From Candidatus Latescibacterota bacterium (GTDB lineage Bacteria; Latescibacterota; UBA2968; GCA-2709665): 64,000 nt of DNA. Location: positions 2,016,001 through 2,080,000 of the forward strand of contig OZ244744.1 in NCBI GenBank assembly GCA_965219455.1, written 5' to 3'. This document shows, piece after piece, positions 29,649-39,239 of this stretch (position 1 is its first letter; every line of letters begins with the position of its first letter). Under the pieces are notes generated by a model, which worked only from the letters and a program-made list of their open reading frames with translations, did not search any database and was not told the origin of the DNA. A program made the position numbers and the translations under genes.

Positions 29649-29801
29649 TTCTGTGTGGAAGTGAAGCCGCCTACGCCGGTTCATTAGCTCTCTGAAACTC
29701 TTAGATGCCAGGTGAGGAGACGTCCTCGCGCCGTATTTCCAGAAGAAGATATCGATATTTTGCAGGGCGAGCCCTGGACCTGGATTCCTGGAGGTTTGGA
29801 C

Positions 29802-30017
29802 ATGAGAAATGAATTCACCGCGATGATCGAACACGACGGCGAATGGATCATTGCCTTTTGTCCTGAGATCCCCGGCGCCAATGGACAGGGAAAGAACAGG
29901 GACGATGCACTTGCGAGCTTACGAGAAGCGATATCGCTCATCCTGGAGGATCGGCGGGAGGACGGACTTCGCGCTGTGCCTGCAGAGGCGGAACGTGAAA
30001 TTGTCGTGATCGAATGA
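29802..30017 (+). CDS. HicB family antitoxin
   Basis: MRNEFTAMIE.DG.W.IA.CPEIPGANGQG....A..SLREAI; GGAGG RBS. Confidence 0.85.
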   Translation: MRNEFTAMIEHDGEWIIAFCPEIPGANGQGKNRDDALASLREAISLILEDRREDGLRAVPAEAEREIVVIE

Positions 30018-30024
30018 AACGACA

Positions 30025-30074
30025 CCCTTCGGCAGCCTTTCGACCCTTCGACAGGCTCAGGGACCACAAGCTCA
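30025..30074 (+). repeat. CCCTTCGACAGGCTCAGG-type REP-like repeat
   Basis: 47/50 identical to 31557-31606; related inverted unit at 32724-32743. Confidence 0.8.
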
Positions 30075-30180
30075 AGACAATGCTCAGGGTGCAGTCTCAA
30101 ACGCCGAGCTAAGTGTACGAAGACCGTGAGACGTCAAAGGAAACCGGACAAAGGCAATGACATTACAATGGAGGATCTGA

Positions 30181-30765
30181 ATGGCTGGCTGGCTAGAATT
30201 GACATTCCCGGTTGAAGCTGGCAAGGGATCTGTGATTGTTATCGATGACGAACGTGTCCATTTGCTCGCAGATCCCCTCCGGCGGCGCATCCTCGAAACT
30301 CTTGGCGAGGGGAAATCCGTGGAGGAGATTTCATCGATATTGGGTATGACCGATACCCGGGTCCTCCGTCACCTGCAACGACTCGCGGAATCAGATGTCG
30401 TACATCTTCAAGAAACGGGCAGCGATCCCAGGGCCTGGCGATGCATCCCTGTGGCGGGCAAGATTCGAATCCGGGACACACTTGATGAGACGGCCAAAAC
30501 CTCCCTGCCTGTACCTTCGGAGGTTGCCTGTCAGTTTAATCAGGCGTTTCGCGAAAGTGCGGACGGCATATTCGGTCCGAATTTCCAAAGCTCTGTCAAC
30601 CATAACCGGGCTCGACTCTCGGAAGAACAGGCGGCCGAATTCAACCGTCGGCTCCTGGACCTGATAGAGGAGTACTTTCCACCTGGCAGAGGCGATCCCA
30701 CCGGAATCAAGTATGGCTTTTTCGGCGTGCTGACCCCGATTGATCTTCCTCCTATCGAGTCGTGA
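30181..30765 (+). CDS. ArsR-like winged-helix regulator
   Basis: LADPLRRRIL.....KSVEEIS......V..HLQRL; C-terminal LSEEQAAEF...L..LIEEY. Confidence 0.8.
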   Translation: MAGWLELTFPVEAGKGSVIVIDDERVHLLADPLRRRILETLGEGKSVEEISSILGMTDTRVLRHLQRLAESDVVHLQETGSDPRAWRCIPVAGKIRIRDTLDETAKTSLPVPSEVACQFNQAFRESADGIFGPNFQSSVNHNRARLSEEQAAEFNRRLLDLIEEYFPPGRGDPTGIKYGFFGVLTPIDLPPIES

Positions 30766-30916
30766 CAGAAAGGTATTTGCACCCATCTTGCGTGCGAATG
30801 TCCCACATCCTTTCACAACACGGTTACTTCTGTGACCGCGGAGTTCACCCCCAACCCGGCGCGGTTCGGGGGCACTGAACCGTTACGCGCCATTGCAGTT
30901 CGACGGAGATCAAGAA

Positions 30917-31441
30917 ATGACAACCTTCTATCTCATTCGGCATGGAGAACCCAATTGGGATTTAGCTGCCGGAGAGGATCTCAAAGGCGCCCAGGTGGGG
31001 TGGGCAGCCCATATCGTTCCGTTGACCGAGACTGGCATCAGCCAGATTGAGAATGCTTCAAGAACCCTGTCAACTGAAGATCCTGAGCTCATTATTTCGT
31101 CGCCAATGTCTCGGTCGCTGCAGTCGGCTGCCATACTCAGCCGCATACTCGAACTTCCACTTCGAGTCGAGTTTGATCTGCACGAATGGATTTGTGGATG
31201 GCGCGATTCGCTTGAGCTTGTCGGCGAAACCGTGGCAGAAATGCAAAAGCTGGGAGGCGAGTGGCCTCCGGGTGAGACAAGAGATTGGGAGCCGATGTCC
31301 AGTGTGCGCGACCGTGTCAATCGTGTTTTAGGACAATACCGGACCTTCCATCGTGTTGTCGTTGCGTGTCATGAAACCGTTATTCTCTCGCTCACCGGAA
31401 AGAGGATGGGGTTTGCTGAATTTGTAAGGATAGAAAAGTAG
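30917..31441 (+). CDS. Histidine phosphatase (phosphoglycerate mutase) family protein
   Basis: LIRHGE, PLTETG, SSPMSR..QSA, DLHEW, VACH. Confidence 0.88.
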   Translation: MTTFYLIRHGEPNWDLAAGEDLKGAQVGWAAHIVPLTETGISQIENASRTLSTEDPELIISSPMSRSLQSAAILSRILELPLRVEFDLHEWICGWRDSLELVGETVAEMQKLGGEWPPGETRDWEPMSSVRDRVNRVLGQYRTFHRVVVACHETVILSLTGKRMGFAEFVRIEK

Positions 31442-31556
31442 CAGCTTTGTAATCCGAAACCGGGGATCACCATGCCACCGGCTGGCGCATCCAGTGACAC
31501 AACCGGTTGTGCTGCTGTTCGAACGCCTCGGCTATTTCAAATAAAAATAGCACTTG

Positions 31557-31606
31557 CCCTTCGGCCGCCCTTCGACCCTTCGACAGGCTCTGGGACCACA
31601 AGCTCA
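31557..31606 (+). repeat. CCCTTCGACAGGCTC-type REP-like repeat, second copy
   Basis: 47/50 identical to 30025-30074. Confidence 0.8.
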
Positions 31607-31694
31607 GCGTGTAAGCTCAACGGCCCCGCCCGGGGTACGCAAACCGGACGATGTCATACGCAAGTGGGTCGGGCATCGGGATAATCCGCATCTT

Positions 31695-31883
31695 CGGAGC
31701 CCGGTGGACGCATTGATTAACGAAATGTAGACAGGGTTTAGTTAGTGACGATGCCTCCGATAGGTGCATTTTTAAATATGTTCGGAATGCATGAATCTGG
31801 GAGTGATACGTTGCCGAACGTACGGAGATCCTCAGATTTGATGCCTATTGCCGTAAAGGTTCGGTAACATCGTGGTTATAGGC
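31695..31883 (+). repeat. Dispersed repeat copy 3 (most diverged)
   Basis: Reads RSPVDALINEM-stop; 31827-31880 matches 27483-27536 at 41/54 ungapped positions; ends GTTATAGGC. Confidence 0.7.
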
Positions 31884-31954
31884 CATCAGCTAAGACACAA
31901 AGGGGCGCAGGCCCCGTAACACAACCCATATTTTCGCATTCAAAGTCACAGAAA

Positions 31955-32416
31955 ATGGATATGGCAAAACAGAAGATTTATTTGGATTCAACTGTTCCAA
32001 GCGCATATTACGATTCAAGAACCCCAGAGCGCCAAGGACAGACCCTTCAGTTTTGGGAATTACTTTTACCAGATTTTGAGGCGGTTATTTCAAGCGCTGT
32101 CTTGTCAGAAATTCGCGGCACTCCAGATGCTGAAAGAAGAAGGTAATTGGAAAACCTCGTAATGGAATTCGGAGTTTTGGTGTTCGATGAAGAAGCCGAT
32201 ACTCTGGCTCAAGAATATGTCCGAAGGGGTGTTTTTCCGGAAAAATACATAGATGATGCCAACCACGTTGCTATTGCAGTGACCAATGGAATTGAGTATT
32301 TTTGCAGTTGGAACTTCACACATCTCGTAAAAGTAAACACGCGACGCGAAGTTAATACGATCAATGCATTGAAGGGCTATGGACCGATAGAGATTATTGC
32401 TCCGCCAGAGTTATAG
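31955..32416 (+). pseudogene. PIN-domain (VapC-like) toxin with an in-frame TAA at 32144-32146
   Basis: IYLDSTVPS ... DDANHVAIA ... SWNFTHLV ... PPEL; the two ORFs 31955-32146 and 32147-32416 are in the same frame. Confidence 0.8.
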
Positions 32417-32426
32417 GAGGTCATCC

Positions 32427-32612
32427 ATGAGGGAAGTGACCCAGGCAGAGAAGGAGAAGATCCGGGAGGATGTTCGGAAGGAATTTCCGAATGATGAAAT
32501 GATGCAGGAAATACACTTCATTCGGCAAGTACATTATTTACAGACTAAAGATTCATCAATAGAAGAACGCCTTCGCTTTTTTGAAGGTCCAATTCAGAAG
32601 ACATCGGTATAG
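32427..32612 (+). CDS. Small hypothetical protein, probable partner of the PIN toxin
   Basis: AGGAGG RBS; 61 aa; directly follows the PIN gene. Confidence 0.6.
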   Translation: MREVTQAEKEKIREDVRKEFPNDEMMQEIHFIRQVHYLQTKDSSIEERLRFFEGPIQKTSV

Positions 32613-32820
32613 TTGGATAAGAAATTGGCGATGGTGCGTCCGAGATGCGGCAGCCCTCTATCGTTTTATGCGAAGGGGGCTGTCAGCGTATAACACGCAC
32701 GGTTAAGCTACGTTCACGGAGTTTATCCTGAGCTTGCCAAGGGCGCGACGGTTTTCGGCAACAACCCGCGCGGGTCCGCAAACCGTGAAACGCTAAAGGA
32801 AAAATGGCCCTGGAAGGAAC

Positions 32821-33549
32821 ATGAAGATCGCGGTACTGACTGATGTCCACGGCAATTTGCCGGCACTACAGGTTGCACTGAAATCAATTCGGCGAGAGGG
32901 TGTCGATGCGATTTTTCATACAGGCGATGCCATCGGTATTGGCCCATTCCCGGCAGAATGCCTGGAACTGCTGCTGAGCACGCCTGGTATGAATCTGATT
33001 TGCGGTAATCATGACTCCTGGTTTTCGAGCGGGCTTCCAAGACCATCCAGGATGAGCGACGGCGAGTTGAAACATCAGGAGTGGGTACATTCCTGCCTTG
33101 ATCCATCACTGCGTTATACAGTGAGACAATGGCCGTACCTGATTCAAGATGCGTATAAAGGCGTTCGAATATCGTTTCTTCACTACGGCCTTACAGAGTC
33201 GCAGGTTGACTTCACGTCCGTCATCCAGAACCCTCGTCCTGTGGACCTGGACAAAGTCTTCGCGGATATAAAATCCGATCTCGTATTCTATGGCCACAAT
33301 CATTCAGCTTCAGATTTAGTGGGGACGGCCAGATACGTAAATCCCGGTTCTCTGGGCTGCCATTCTGAACCCATTGCGCGGTTCGCCATCCTGGAGTGCG
33401 AGAGAGGGAGATACGAATTGAATCTGCGCCACGTTCCTTACGATGATAGCGCCCTATTCCAGCAGTTTGAAAGTCGCGATGTTCCCGAACGGCATTTCAT
33501 CTATAATACATTCTTCGGTGGACGGAATGCACCAACCCGCCCCGGATGA
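32821..33549 (+). CDS. Metallophosphoesterase (YfcE-like)
   Basis: DVHGN, TGD, GNHD, GHNH, VNPGSLG. Confidence 0.9.
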   Translation: MKIAVLTDVHGNLPALQVALKSIRREGVDAIFHTGDAIGIGPFPAECLELLLSTPGMNLICGNHDSWFSSGLPRPSRMSDGELKHQEWVHSCLDPSLRYTVRQWPYLIQDAYKGVRISFLHYGLTESQVDFTSVIQNPRPVDLDKVFADIKSDLVFYGHNHSASDLVGTARYVNPGSLGCHSEPIARFAILECERGRYELNLRHVPYDDSALFQQFESRDVPERHFIYNTFFGGRNAPTRPG

Positions 33550-33664
33550 GATATCCTCTGACATGGTTGAAGAATGGCAATCAAACGACTGGTGAATCAA
33601 CTACCGAACATAATAGTATCTTTCGCTGAATGACGTCCGGTGCTTTCGGGCATCTGGGAATACC

Positions 33665-34468
33665 ATGACGGTCAATCGTATGCCAGTTCGGATTAAGGCC
33701 TTTTGCGTCGGGCAGGCAAAGTCCGGAACGGCATCTCTCGTCGGCCTGCTTTCAGCCAATTACCGCGCGGCCCATGAACCCGAGCGCCCGGAGTTACTCA
33801 GTATGATACTCCGCGAATCCCGGGGTGAACTCTCCGCCGAGGCCTTCCGTAGGTTTCTCCTTGAGCGTGACGTCCGGCTCAACCTGGAGTATGATGTCTC
33901 GTGGCCAAACCAATTTATCATAGACCATTTGCTGCACGTCTTCCCGGCCTCGAAGTTCATCGTTCTCATTCGCGACAGCTATACGTGGCTCCAATCGGCC
34001 ATCGGGCACGTCATCAGCCGGGAGATGCCCTCTGAAATCTTAAACTTTCTCCCCTGGTGGATCAAACCGGAACGCTATCCCCACTCGCGTCAGGATCGCG
34101 CGCTTGCAGAGCGCGGGCTTTTTTCTATTGCGGCCTACCTGCACGCCTGGAACGGGCATGTCGACAGGTGCACCCGGCTGATCCCTGAGGACCGGCGGCT
34201 TTTACTTCGGACCCATGAACTGGCTCGTTCGCATGGGCGATTGGCGGACTTCCTGGAAATACCCGAGGATTCACTCGACGCCGACAAAGGGCATCAAAAC
34301 AGCAGCACCTGGCCGGACCGGATCGAGTCCCTCGTCGATCCGTTCTACATCGACGAGATGGTCCAATCGATATGTGCAGACAACATGGCCCGTCATTTTC
34401 CTGAAATAAGAAGAGCTCAGGATGTGTCGCGGCTATGGGAAGCCGTGCCGCGTGAGCCTGCGACCTGA
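33665..34468 (+). CDS. Sulfotransferase-like P-loop protein
   Basis: GQAKSGTASL (5'-PSB-like), AHEP, FIVLIRD...WLQS (3'-PB-like). Confidence 0.7.
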   Translation: MTVNRMPVRIKAFCVGQAKSGTASLVGLLSANYRAAHEPERPELLSMILRESRGELSAEAFRRFLLERDVRLNLEYDVSWPNQFIIDHLLHVFPASKFIVLIRDSYTWLQSAIGHVISREMPSEILNFLPWWIKPERYPHSRQDRALAERGLFSIAAYLHAWNGHVDRCTRLIPEDRRLLLRTHELARSHGRLADFLEIPEDSLDADKGHQNSSTWPDRIESLVDPFYIDEMVQSICADNMARHFPEIRRAQDVSRLWEAVPREPAT

Positions 34469-34524
34469 TCCGGGTTCGCGAACGGCCGGACCGTTTTTCA
34501 AAATGCAGGAAAACGAGTAAAACA

Positions 34525-35307
34525 ATGGTCCGTACTGCGGTTCAAACGATTCTATTCGATCTTGACGAAACCCTCATTCTCGAAAAACCGGTCGCGATCA
34601 GAGCTCTCGAGCAGACCGGTCAACGCGCGCATGATGAAGCGGATGTGCCGCCGTCTCAACTCAGGGAGGCTGTTCTTGAGCGCGCCGGCGAAATCTGGCG
34701 CTCTACGCCGGTAATCGACTACTGCCGCCGCGTCGGTATCAGTTCCTGGGAAGGCTTGTGGTGCGAGTTCGCCGGGGAAAATGAGAACCTCGTCTGGCTG
34801 CGTGAGTGGTCACCAAAGTACCGGTTTGAGACGTGGTCACGGGCGCTGAACGACATGGGTGTCGATGACGAGCGGCTGGCTCGAACCCTTGCCGACGATT
34901 TCGTTGAGATCCGGAGAGGCCTTTTCGAGCACTTTCCGGAGACTATCGCAATTCTAGGAGACCTCAAAGGAGCCGTGCGTTTGGTTCTGGCCACCAATGG
35001 AGCGTCCGATCTTCAGAGACTGAAGCTCGAGACAAGTGGTCTGGCGGGTTATTTTGACGACGTTCTTGTCTCGGGAGACATCGGATTCGCCAAACCCCAT
35101 CCTCATTTCTTTGAGAACGCGCTTCGACTTGCGGATGCCGGCCCGGAGGAAACACTGATGGTAGGAGACAGTCTACAAAAAGACGTTGGCGGAGCGCAAA
35201 AGGCCGGAATCAGGGGAATCTGGGTGAATCGGAAAGACAGGGAACCCGTCGAGGTCCAGCCATTCGCGGAAATCAGCAACCTGCTGGCGTTGCGCAGCTT
35301 CATTTGA
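34525..35307 (+). CDS. HAD family hydrolase
   Basis: FDLDETL, TNG, KPHP, VGDSLQKDV.GA..AG. Confidence 0.92.
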   Translation: MVRTAVQTILFDLDETLILEKPVAIRALEQTGQRAHDEADVPPSQLREAVLERAGEIWRSTPVIDYCRRVGISSWEGLWCEFAGENENLVWLREWSPKYRFETWSRALNDMGVDDERLARTLADDFVEIRRGLFEHFPETIAILGDLKGAVRLVLATNGASDLQRLKLETSGLAGYFDDVLVSGDIGFAKPHPHFFENALRLADAGPEETLMVGDSLQKDVGGAQKAGIRGIWVNRKDREPVEVQPFAEISNLLALRSFI

Positions 35308-35313
35308 GCGCGC

Positions 35314-35510
35314 AAGCCGCTCATCAGGCTCACGATGGAACATCTGGCATGAATAAGCGCGACTTTGATCAACTGGCAGCCAGCGTCCAGCAGGCCGGAG
35401 CAATCAAGCGCGGCAAGTTGAAGCCAGGGCGCACGACGCACATGGTCCCCGCCGATATCAGGATGATCCGAAAGAGACTGGATAGGTCTCAACAGGAACC
35501 GTTTTCTTAA
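35314..35510 (+). pseudogene. TA remnant: possible toxin tail plus truncated NadS/HigA-like HTH antitoxin
   Basis: KPLIRLTMEHLA-stop overlapping (ATGA) MNKRDFDQLAASVQQAGAIKRG...DIRMIRKRLDRSQQE from 35349, which stops at the start of the HTH. Confidence 0.6.
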
Positions 35511-35522
35511 ATCGAGACATGA

Positions 35523-36332
35523 ATGAGCAAGTACGTCAGAAACTTCTACGACTCAGCGCAGGAACGCGAGTGGGAACGGTTGGAAACGGGGCTTTCGCGA
35601 ATCGAGTTCGCATCCACCCTGCGACTCATCGAGAAATACTTTCCGGACAGCGGCGCCGTATGTGACATCGGGAGCGGACCGGGCCGTTACTCTATCGAGC
35701 TCGCCAAACGAGGGTACCAGGTGACGCTTTTGGACCTTTCCGGGAAGCTGCTGGAGAGAGCAGAGCAGGCGTTTGCTTCAGGAGGAATCAGTGCGAAACA
35801 GTTTGTTCAAGGAGATGCATGCGATCTGAACCTCTTTGAGGACGAATCATTCGATGCCGCCCTCCTTCTCGGTCCTCTTTATCACCTGATCGAGAGGGGT
35901 GATCGGTCTCAGGCCTTGAGCGAGATGATTCGCATTCTGAAACCGGGCGGCCGGGCAATTGTCGCCTTTCTCAATTCGTGGGGCTTACTCAGAAGCGGAA
36001 TAGTCGGTTTCCCACAGCGCTTCAGCAATCCCGACTTTCTGCGGAGCATGCTCGGTGAAAAGACGTTTGAAGATCATGAACGCTCCGGTTTCACGGAAAG
36101 TCACTGGTCCAACCCCGAGATCGCTGGCACAGAAATCCAGGATGCAGGGCTGCGAATTGTCAGCTATGCTGGCGTTGAAGGCTTCGTCGGAGGCATGGCT
36201 CCACTACTTGAGTCGCTCAGGAAGAATGAACCGGCGGCATACGAAAACGTTCTGGAATTCGCGGCGGAAACGTCGGAACTGCCCCAGTTCAGAGATGCAA
36301 CAAACCATGTGCACTTCGTCGTGGAGAAGTAG
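35523..36332 (+). CDS. Class I SAM-dependent methyltransferase
   Basis: CDIGSGPGRY, LLDLS, GDACDL, FDAALLLGPLYHL, ILKPGG. Confidence 0.92.
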   Translation: MSKYVRNFYDSAQEREWERLETGLSRIEFASTLRLIEKYFPDSGAVCDIGSGPGRYSIELAKRGYQVTLLDLSGKLLERAEQAFASGGISAKQFVQGDACDLNLFEDESFDAALLLGPLYHLIERGDRSQALSEMIRILKPGGRAIVAFLNSWGLLRSGIVGFPQRFSNPDFLRSMLGEKTFEDHERSGFTESHWSNPEIAGTEIQDAGLRIVSYAGVEGFVGGMAPLLESLRKNEPAAYENVLEFAAETSELPQFRDATNHVHFVVEK

Positions 36333-36487
36333 CGCACGTTGGCCCGATATCTTGATATCGACCAGAAACAGGCGCTCAGTACCGGGTCATAATATCGCTT
36401 TACAAGGAGACATCGAAACGGGTAGAACCGCCGTACGTGCAAGCCGCCGTCTATGGTCTTTTTCGATCTTCGGATGTTGTTTTTTTC

Positions 36488-36522
36488 TTGACAATTGTAC
36501 CAAATTTGGTACAATTACAGTT
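36488..36522 (+). promoter_or_regulatory. Sigma70-type promoter with a perfect 24-bp palindromic operator
   Basis: TTGACA (36488) - 16 bp - TACAAT (36510); AATTGTACCAAATTTGGTACAATT at 36493-36516; ATG at 36523. Confidence 0.75.
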
Positions 36523-36873
36523 ATGAACAGACACAGACCACTACCCGTTCGCTTCTACTGTACGACGATGGGACATGAACCGGTTAGAACGTGGCTGCGC
36601 AGGCTGGATCGCGAGGCGAAGAGGATCATTGGTACGGACATCAAGACCGTTCAATACCGGTGGCCTCTTGGAATGCCGCTGGTCCGAAAGCTCCAGAACG
36701 ATCTATGGGAGGTCCGTAGCACACTGCCCGATTCTATAGCCCGAGTTGTCTTTACCGTCTACGGTGGCACAATTCTGCTGTTACACGGTTTTATGAAAAA
36801 AAGTCGGAAGACTTCCGCCAGTGATCTCCATTTGGCACGCACCGGGTTAAAGACGCTACGGGAGGTAAAATGA
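36523..36873 (+). CDS. Type II toxin, RelE/ParE (Gp49-like)
   Basis: FY.T..G.EPVRTWL, WPLGMPLVRKL...LWEVRS, LLHGFMKKSRKT; start moved from the ORF-track position 36055. Confidence 0.9.
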   Translation: MNRHRPLPVRFYCTTMGHEPVRTWLRRLDREAKRIIGTDIKTVQYRWPLGMPLVRKLQNDLWEVRSTLPDSIARVVFTVYGGTILLLHGFMKKSRKTSASDLHLARTGLKTLREVK

Positions 36874-37148
36874 GTAAACATGTCGGCAGCAGCTTTGACG
36901 ATTTCCTGATTGAAGAGGACCTTCTCGGTGAAGCGGAGGCTGCGGCAACGAAACGCGTTATCGCTTACCAGTTGAGTCAGTTCATGGAGGAGAACAAGCT
37001 GTCCAAGTCGGCGATGGCCAGACGCATGCAGACCAGTCGTTCGGCACTGGACCGTCTGCTTGACTCGTCCAATCCCTCCGTAACGCTGCGGACAATGGAC
37101 CGCGCGGCGCGTGCGCTGGGAAAGCAACTCCGCATCGTCCTGACCTGA
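36870..37148 (+). CDS. XRE-family HTH antitoxin
   Basis: HVGSSFDDFL, SKSAMARRMQTSRSALDRLLD..N.SVTL.T. Confidence 0.9.
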   Translation: MSKHVGSSFDDFLIEEDLLGEAEAAATKRVIAYQLSQFMEENKLSKSAMARRMQTSRSALDRLLDSSNPSVTLRTMDRAARALGKQLRIVLT

Positions 37149-37253
37149 TTTCGCAATGTGACGAGTCCGGTACGTCTCTGCATACTTTCGCGGCGCCTGT
37201 CAGCGCACGACTGGCCGATACGCGAAAATCGGCATTGACACATCCCCCTTTCT

Positions 37254-37928
37254 ATGAGTCATTCCGTCCGCAGCCATCTTCGTCTTGAGGTCGATGCCTA
37301 CGACGAGACCATCCGCCGGTTCATCCCGGGCTACGAGGAAGGCCTGAACAGGATCGCCGGCGAAGTCGCCGCAATCCGCCCGGCCCTCGTGCTGGACCTC
37401 GGAACGGGAACGGGGGCCCTGGCCGAAGCGATGCTCGAGCACGAACGCGTAGGCGCCGTGGAAGCCATCGACGTCGATCCGAAGATGCTGGACCGGGCGC
37501 GCATCCGGCTGCTGCGTTTCGGGACCCGCGTGCGTTTCCGCGAATGTTCTTTCGAAGCACCCCTACCCGCGTGCAACGCCGTGGCCGCCTGCCTTGCCCT
37601 GCACCACATTCCGGCGATGCGACGCAAGCGTGCCCTGTACGAGCACATTTTCCGGTCGCTCCGTCCCGGCGGGGTGTTCGTGACCACAGACGTGACGATG
37701 ACCGCGGACCCGGAGGATCGTGAGAGGTGCTACCGTATCTGGACGGCCCACCTCGTTTCACGGGGCATCGACGAAAAGCGCGCCCGTGAGCATTTCGACG
37801 AGTGGGCCTCCGAAGATACCTACTTCCCGGTCGGCGAAGAACTCGCTGCCATGCGTGAAGCCGGATTTGACGCCGAATGCGCCTGGAAGGACCCGCCGAA
37901 CACGCTCCTGGTGGGACGCAAGAAATAG
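37254..37928 (+). CDS. Class I SAM-dependent methyltransferase
   Basis: LDLGTGTG, IDVDPKML, LALHHI, LRPGG. Confidence 0.9.
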   Translation: MSHSVRSHLRLEVDAYDETIRRFIPGYEEGLNRIAGEVAAIRPALVLDLGTGTGALAEAMLEHERVGAVEAIDVDPKMLDRARIRLLRFGTRVRFRECSFEAPLPACNAVAACLALHHIPAMRRKRALYEHIFRSLRPGGVFVTTDVTMTADPEDRERCYRIWTAHLVSRGIDEKRAREHFDEWASEDTYFPVGEELAAMREAGFDAECAWKDPPNTLLVGRKK

Positions 37929-38056
37929 GACATCGGGGCGGGGCTCGATTTGAGACTCGCTCGACACGGCACAAAATACTCGGGGAGCATACCAGCCACC
38001 AGAACGACCCATCCCGACTTCAGGGTTCAATTCGTCGAAACCCATGTTGAGAGCCC

Positions 38057-39094
38057 ATGAACGAACATCCTCTCCGTTTTCTGCACGCCGCCAGACTGGC
38101 CCTGGAAAACTACGATGTAGGGGAAGTCGACATCGACGAGAAAAAAGAGGTGGGCCATATAGGCTTTTCCGGTTACCACATGGTCAAGTTCCGTGCAGAC
38201 GGGGCATCTGGCAGTTTCCTCATCACCGTGTATTATGCCGACGGGGACCGGGACATCCATAACTATCGAACATCGATCCATTCCCACCTTCTCTGGCTCG
38301 AAGCCTTGGACCGCGACACCGATCTGGTCATTCAGAAACCCATCCGTAGCGGGTCAGGCGACTTTATCACCGACGTCCAGTCCAATGCCGAAAATTCCTT
38401 TCTCGTCACGCTTCTGTGCTGGGTCGAAGGTGAGTTGGTCTGGGACAACTACGGGGATGAATTGTTCGTTGACCTGCCGTCGGGAATACTTCACAAAGTG
38501 GGATCGGTCCTTGGCAAACTCCACCGGCACAGCAGTCAGTGGACCCCTCCCGAAAGCTTCTTTCGTCCCGGGAGCGAATCTGAAAAACTGCAAATCGACC
38601 TGAATCGTCTGCGTCCTGCTGCAGACGACGGTCGCATCCGCGCCCGTGATTTCACGGTTCTGGAACGGGCTGTGTGCCACATCATCGAACATGCCGCGCT
38701 AATGGAAAGGTCACCGGAATTCAGGGGATTGCTTCACGGGGATTTCTCGTGCGGCAACAGCATCGTACATCGGGACGAGATCCGTCCCATCGATTTTGAC
38801 TGGTGTCGGTTCGGGTACTTTATGGCCGACGTGGGATGGTGCTTCGCCGTGAACCCCATGAATGCTGCGCTTTGTCAAGCTTTTCTCAACGGTTACAGGC
38901 AACAACACGCGCTACCCGACAATTATCTACAGATTATCGAAAGTTTCTTTATCGAGTCCTGCATTCGCCTGCTGTCTTGGCGCGCAATGGATCCGGAAGA
39001 GGAATTCCCGACACTGTCCCGCTTCGGGGAAGGCGCCTGCCGGAAATATCTCGAAGGCGAACCGTTCGTCCTTGAATGGATGGAGGACGTCTGA
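38057..39094 (+). CDS. APH/homoserine-kinase-II-like phosphotransferase
   Basis: LGKLH, LLHGDF..GN, PIDFDWC.FGY. Confidence 0.88.
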   Translation: MNEHPLRFLHAARLALENYDVGEVDIDEKKEVGHIGFSGYHMVKFRADGASGSFLITVYYADGDRDIHNYRTSIHSHLLWLEALDRDTDLVIQKPIRSGSGDFITDVQSNAENSFLVTLLCWVEGELVWDNYGDELFVDLPSGILHKVGSVLGKLHRHSSQWTPPESFFRPGSESEKLQIDLNRLRPAADDGRIRARDFTVLERAVCHIIEHAALMERSPEFRGLLHGDFSCGNSIVHRDEIRPIDFDWCRFGYFMADVGWCFAVNPMNAALCQAFLNGYRQQHALPDNYLQIIESFFIESCIRLLSWRAMDPEEEFPTLSRFGEGACRKYLEGEPFVLEWMEDV

Positions 39095-39123
39095 ATATGG
39101 GGTACAGGACCAGACTAATATCG

Positions 39124-39176
39124 CACGACGCCCGTCGGCGTCGTGAATTACGGGCAGGATTGAAACCTGCCCCTAC
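39124..39176 (-). repeat. Hairpin plus GTAG-foot REP
   Basis: CACGACGCC..GGCGTCGTG hairpin, then reverse complement GTAGGGGCAGGTTTCAATCCTGCCCG. Confidence 0.7.
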
Positions 39177-39239
39177 GGCTGAAGTGTATGCCCGCGTCAC
39201 ACACCGGCTTCGAGCCAGTATTGACCAGGAGGTGGGGCG

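Noticed and set aside
32144-32146. Programmed stop-codon recoding in the PIN gene
   Set aside because: The codon is TAA, not TGA or TAG, no recoding signal is evident, and other genes use all three stops normally
36055-36522. 156-aa N-terminal extension of the RelE-like toxin
   Set aside because: Overlaps the methyltransferase and the promoter; family similarity begins at 36523
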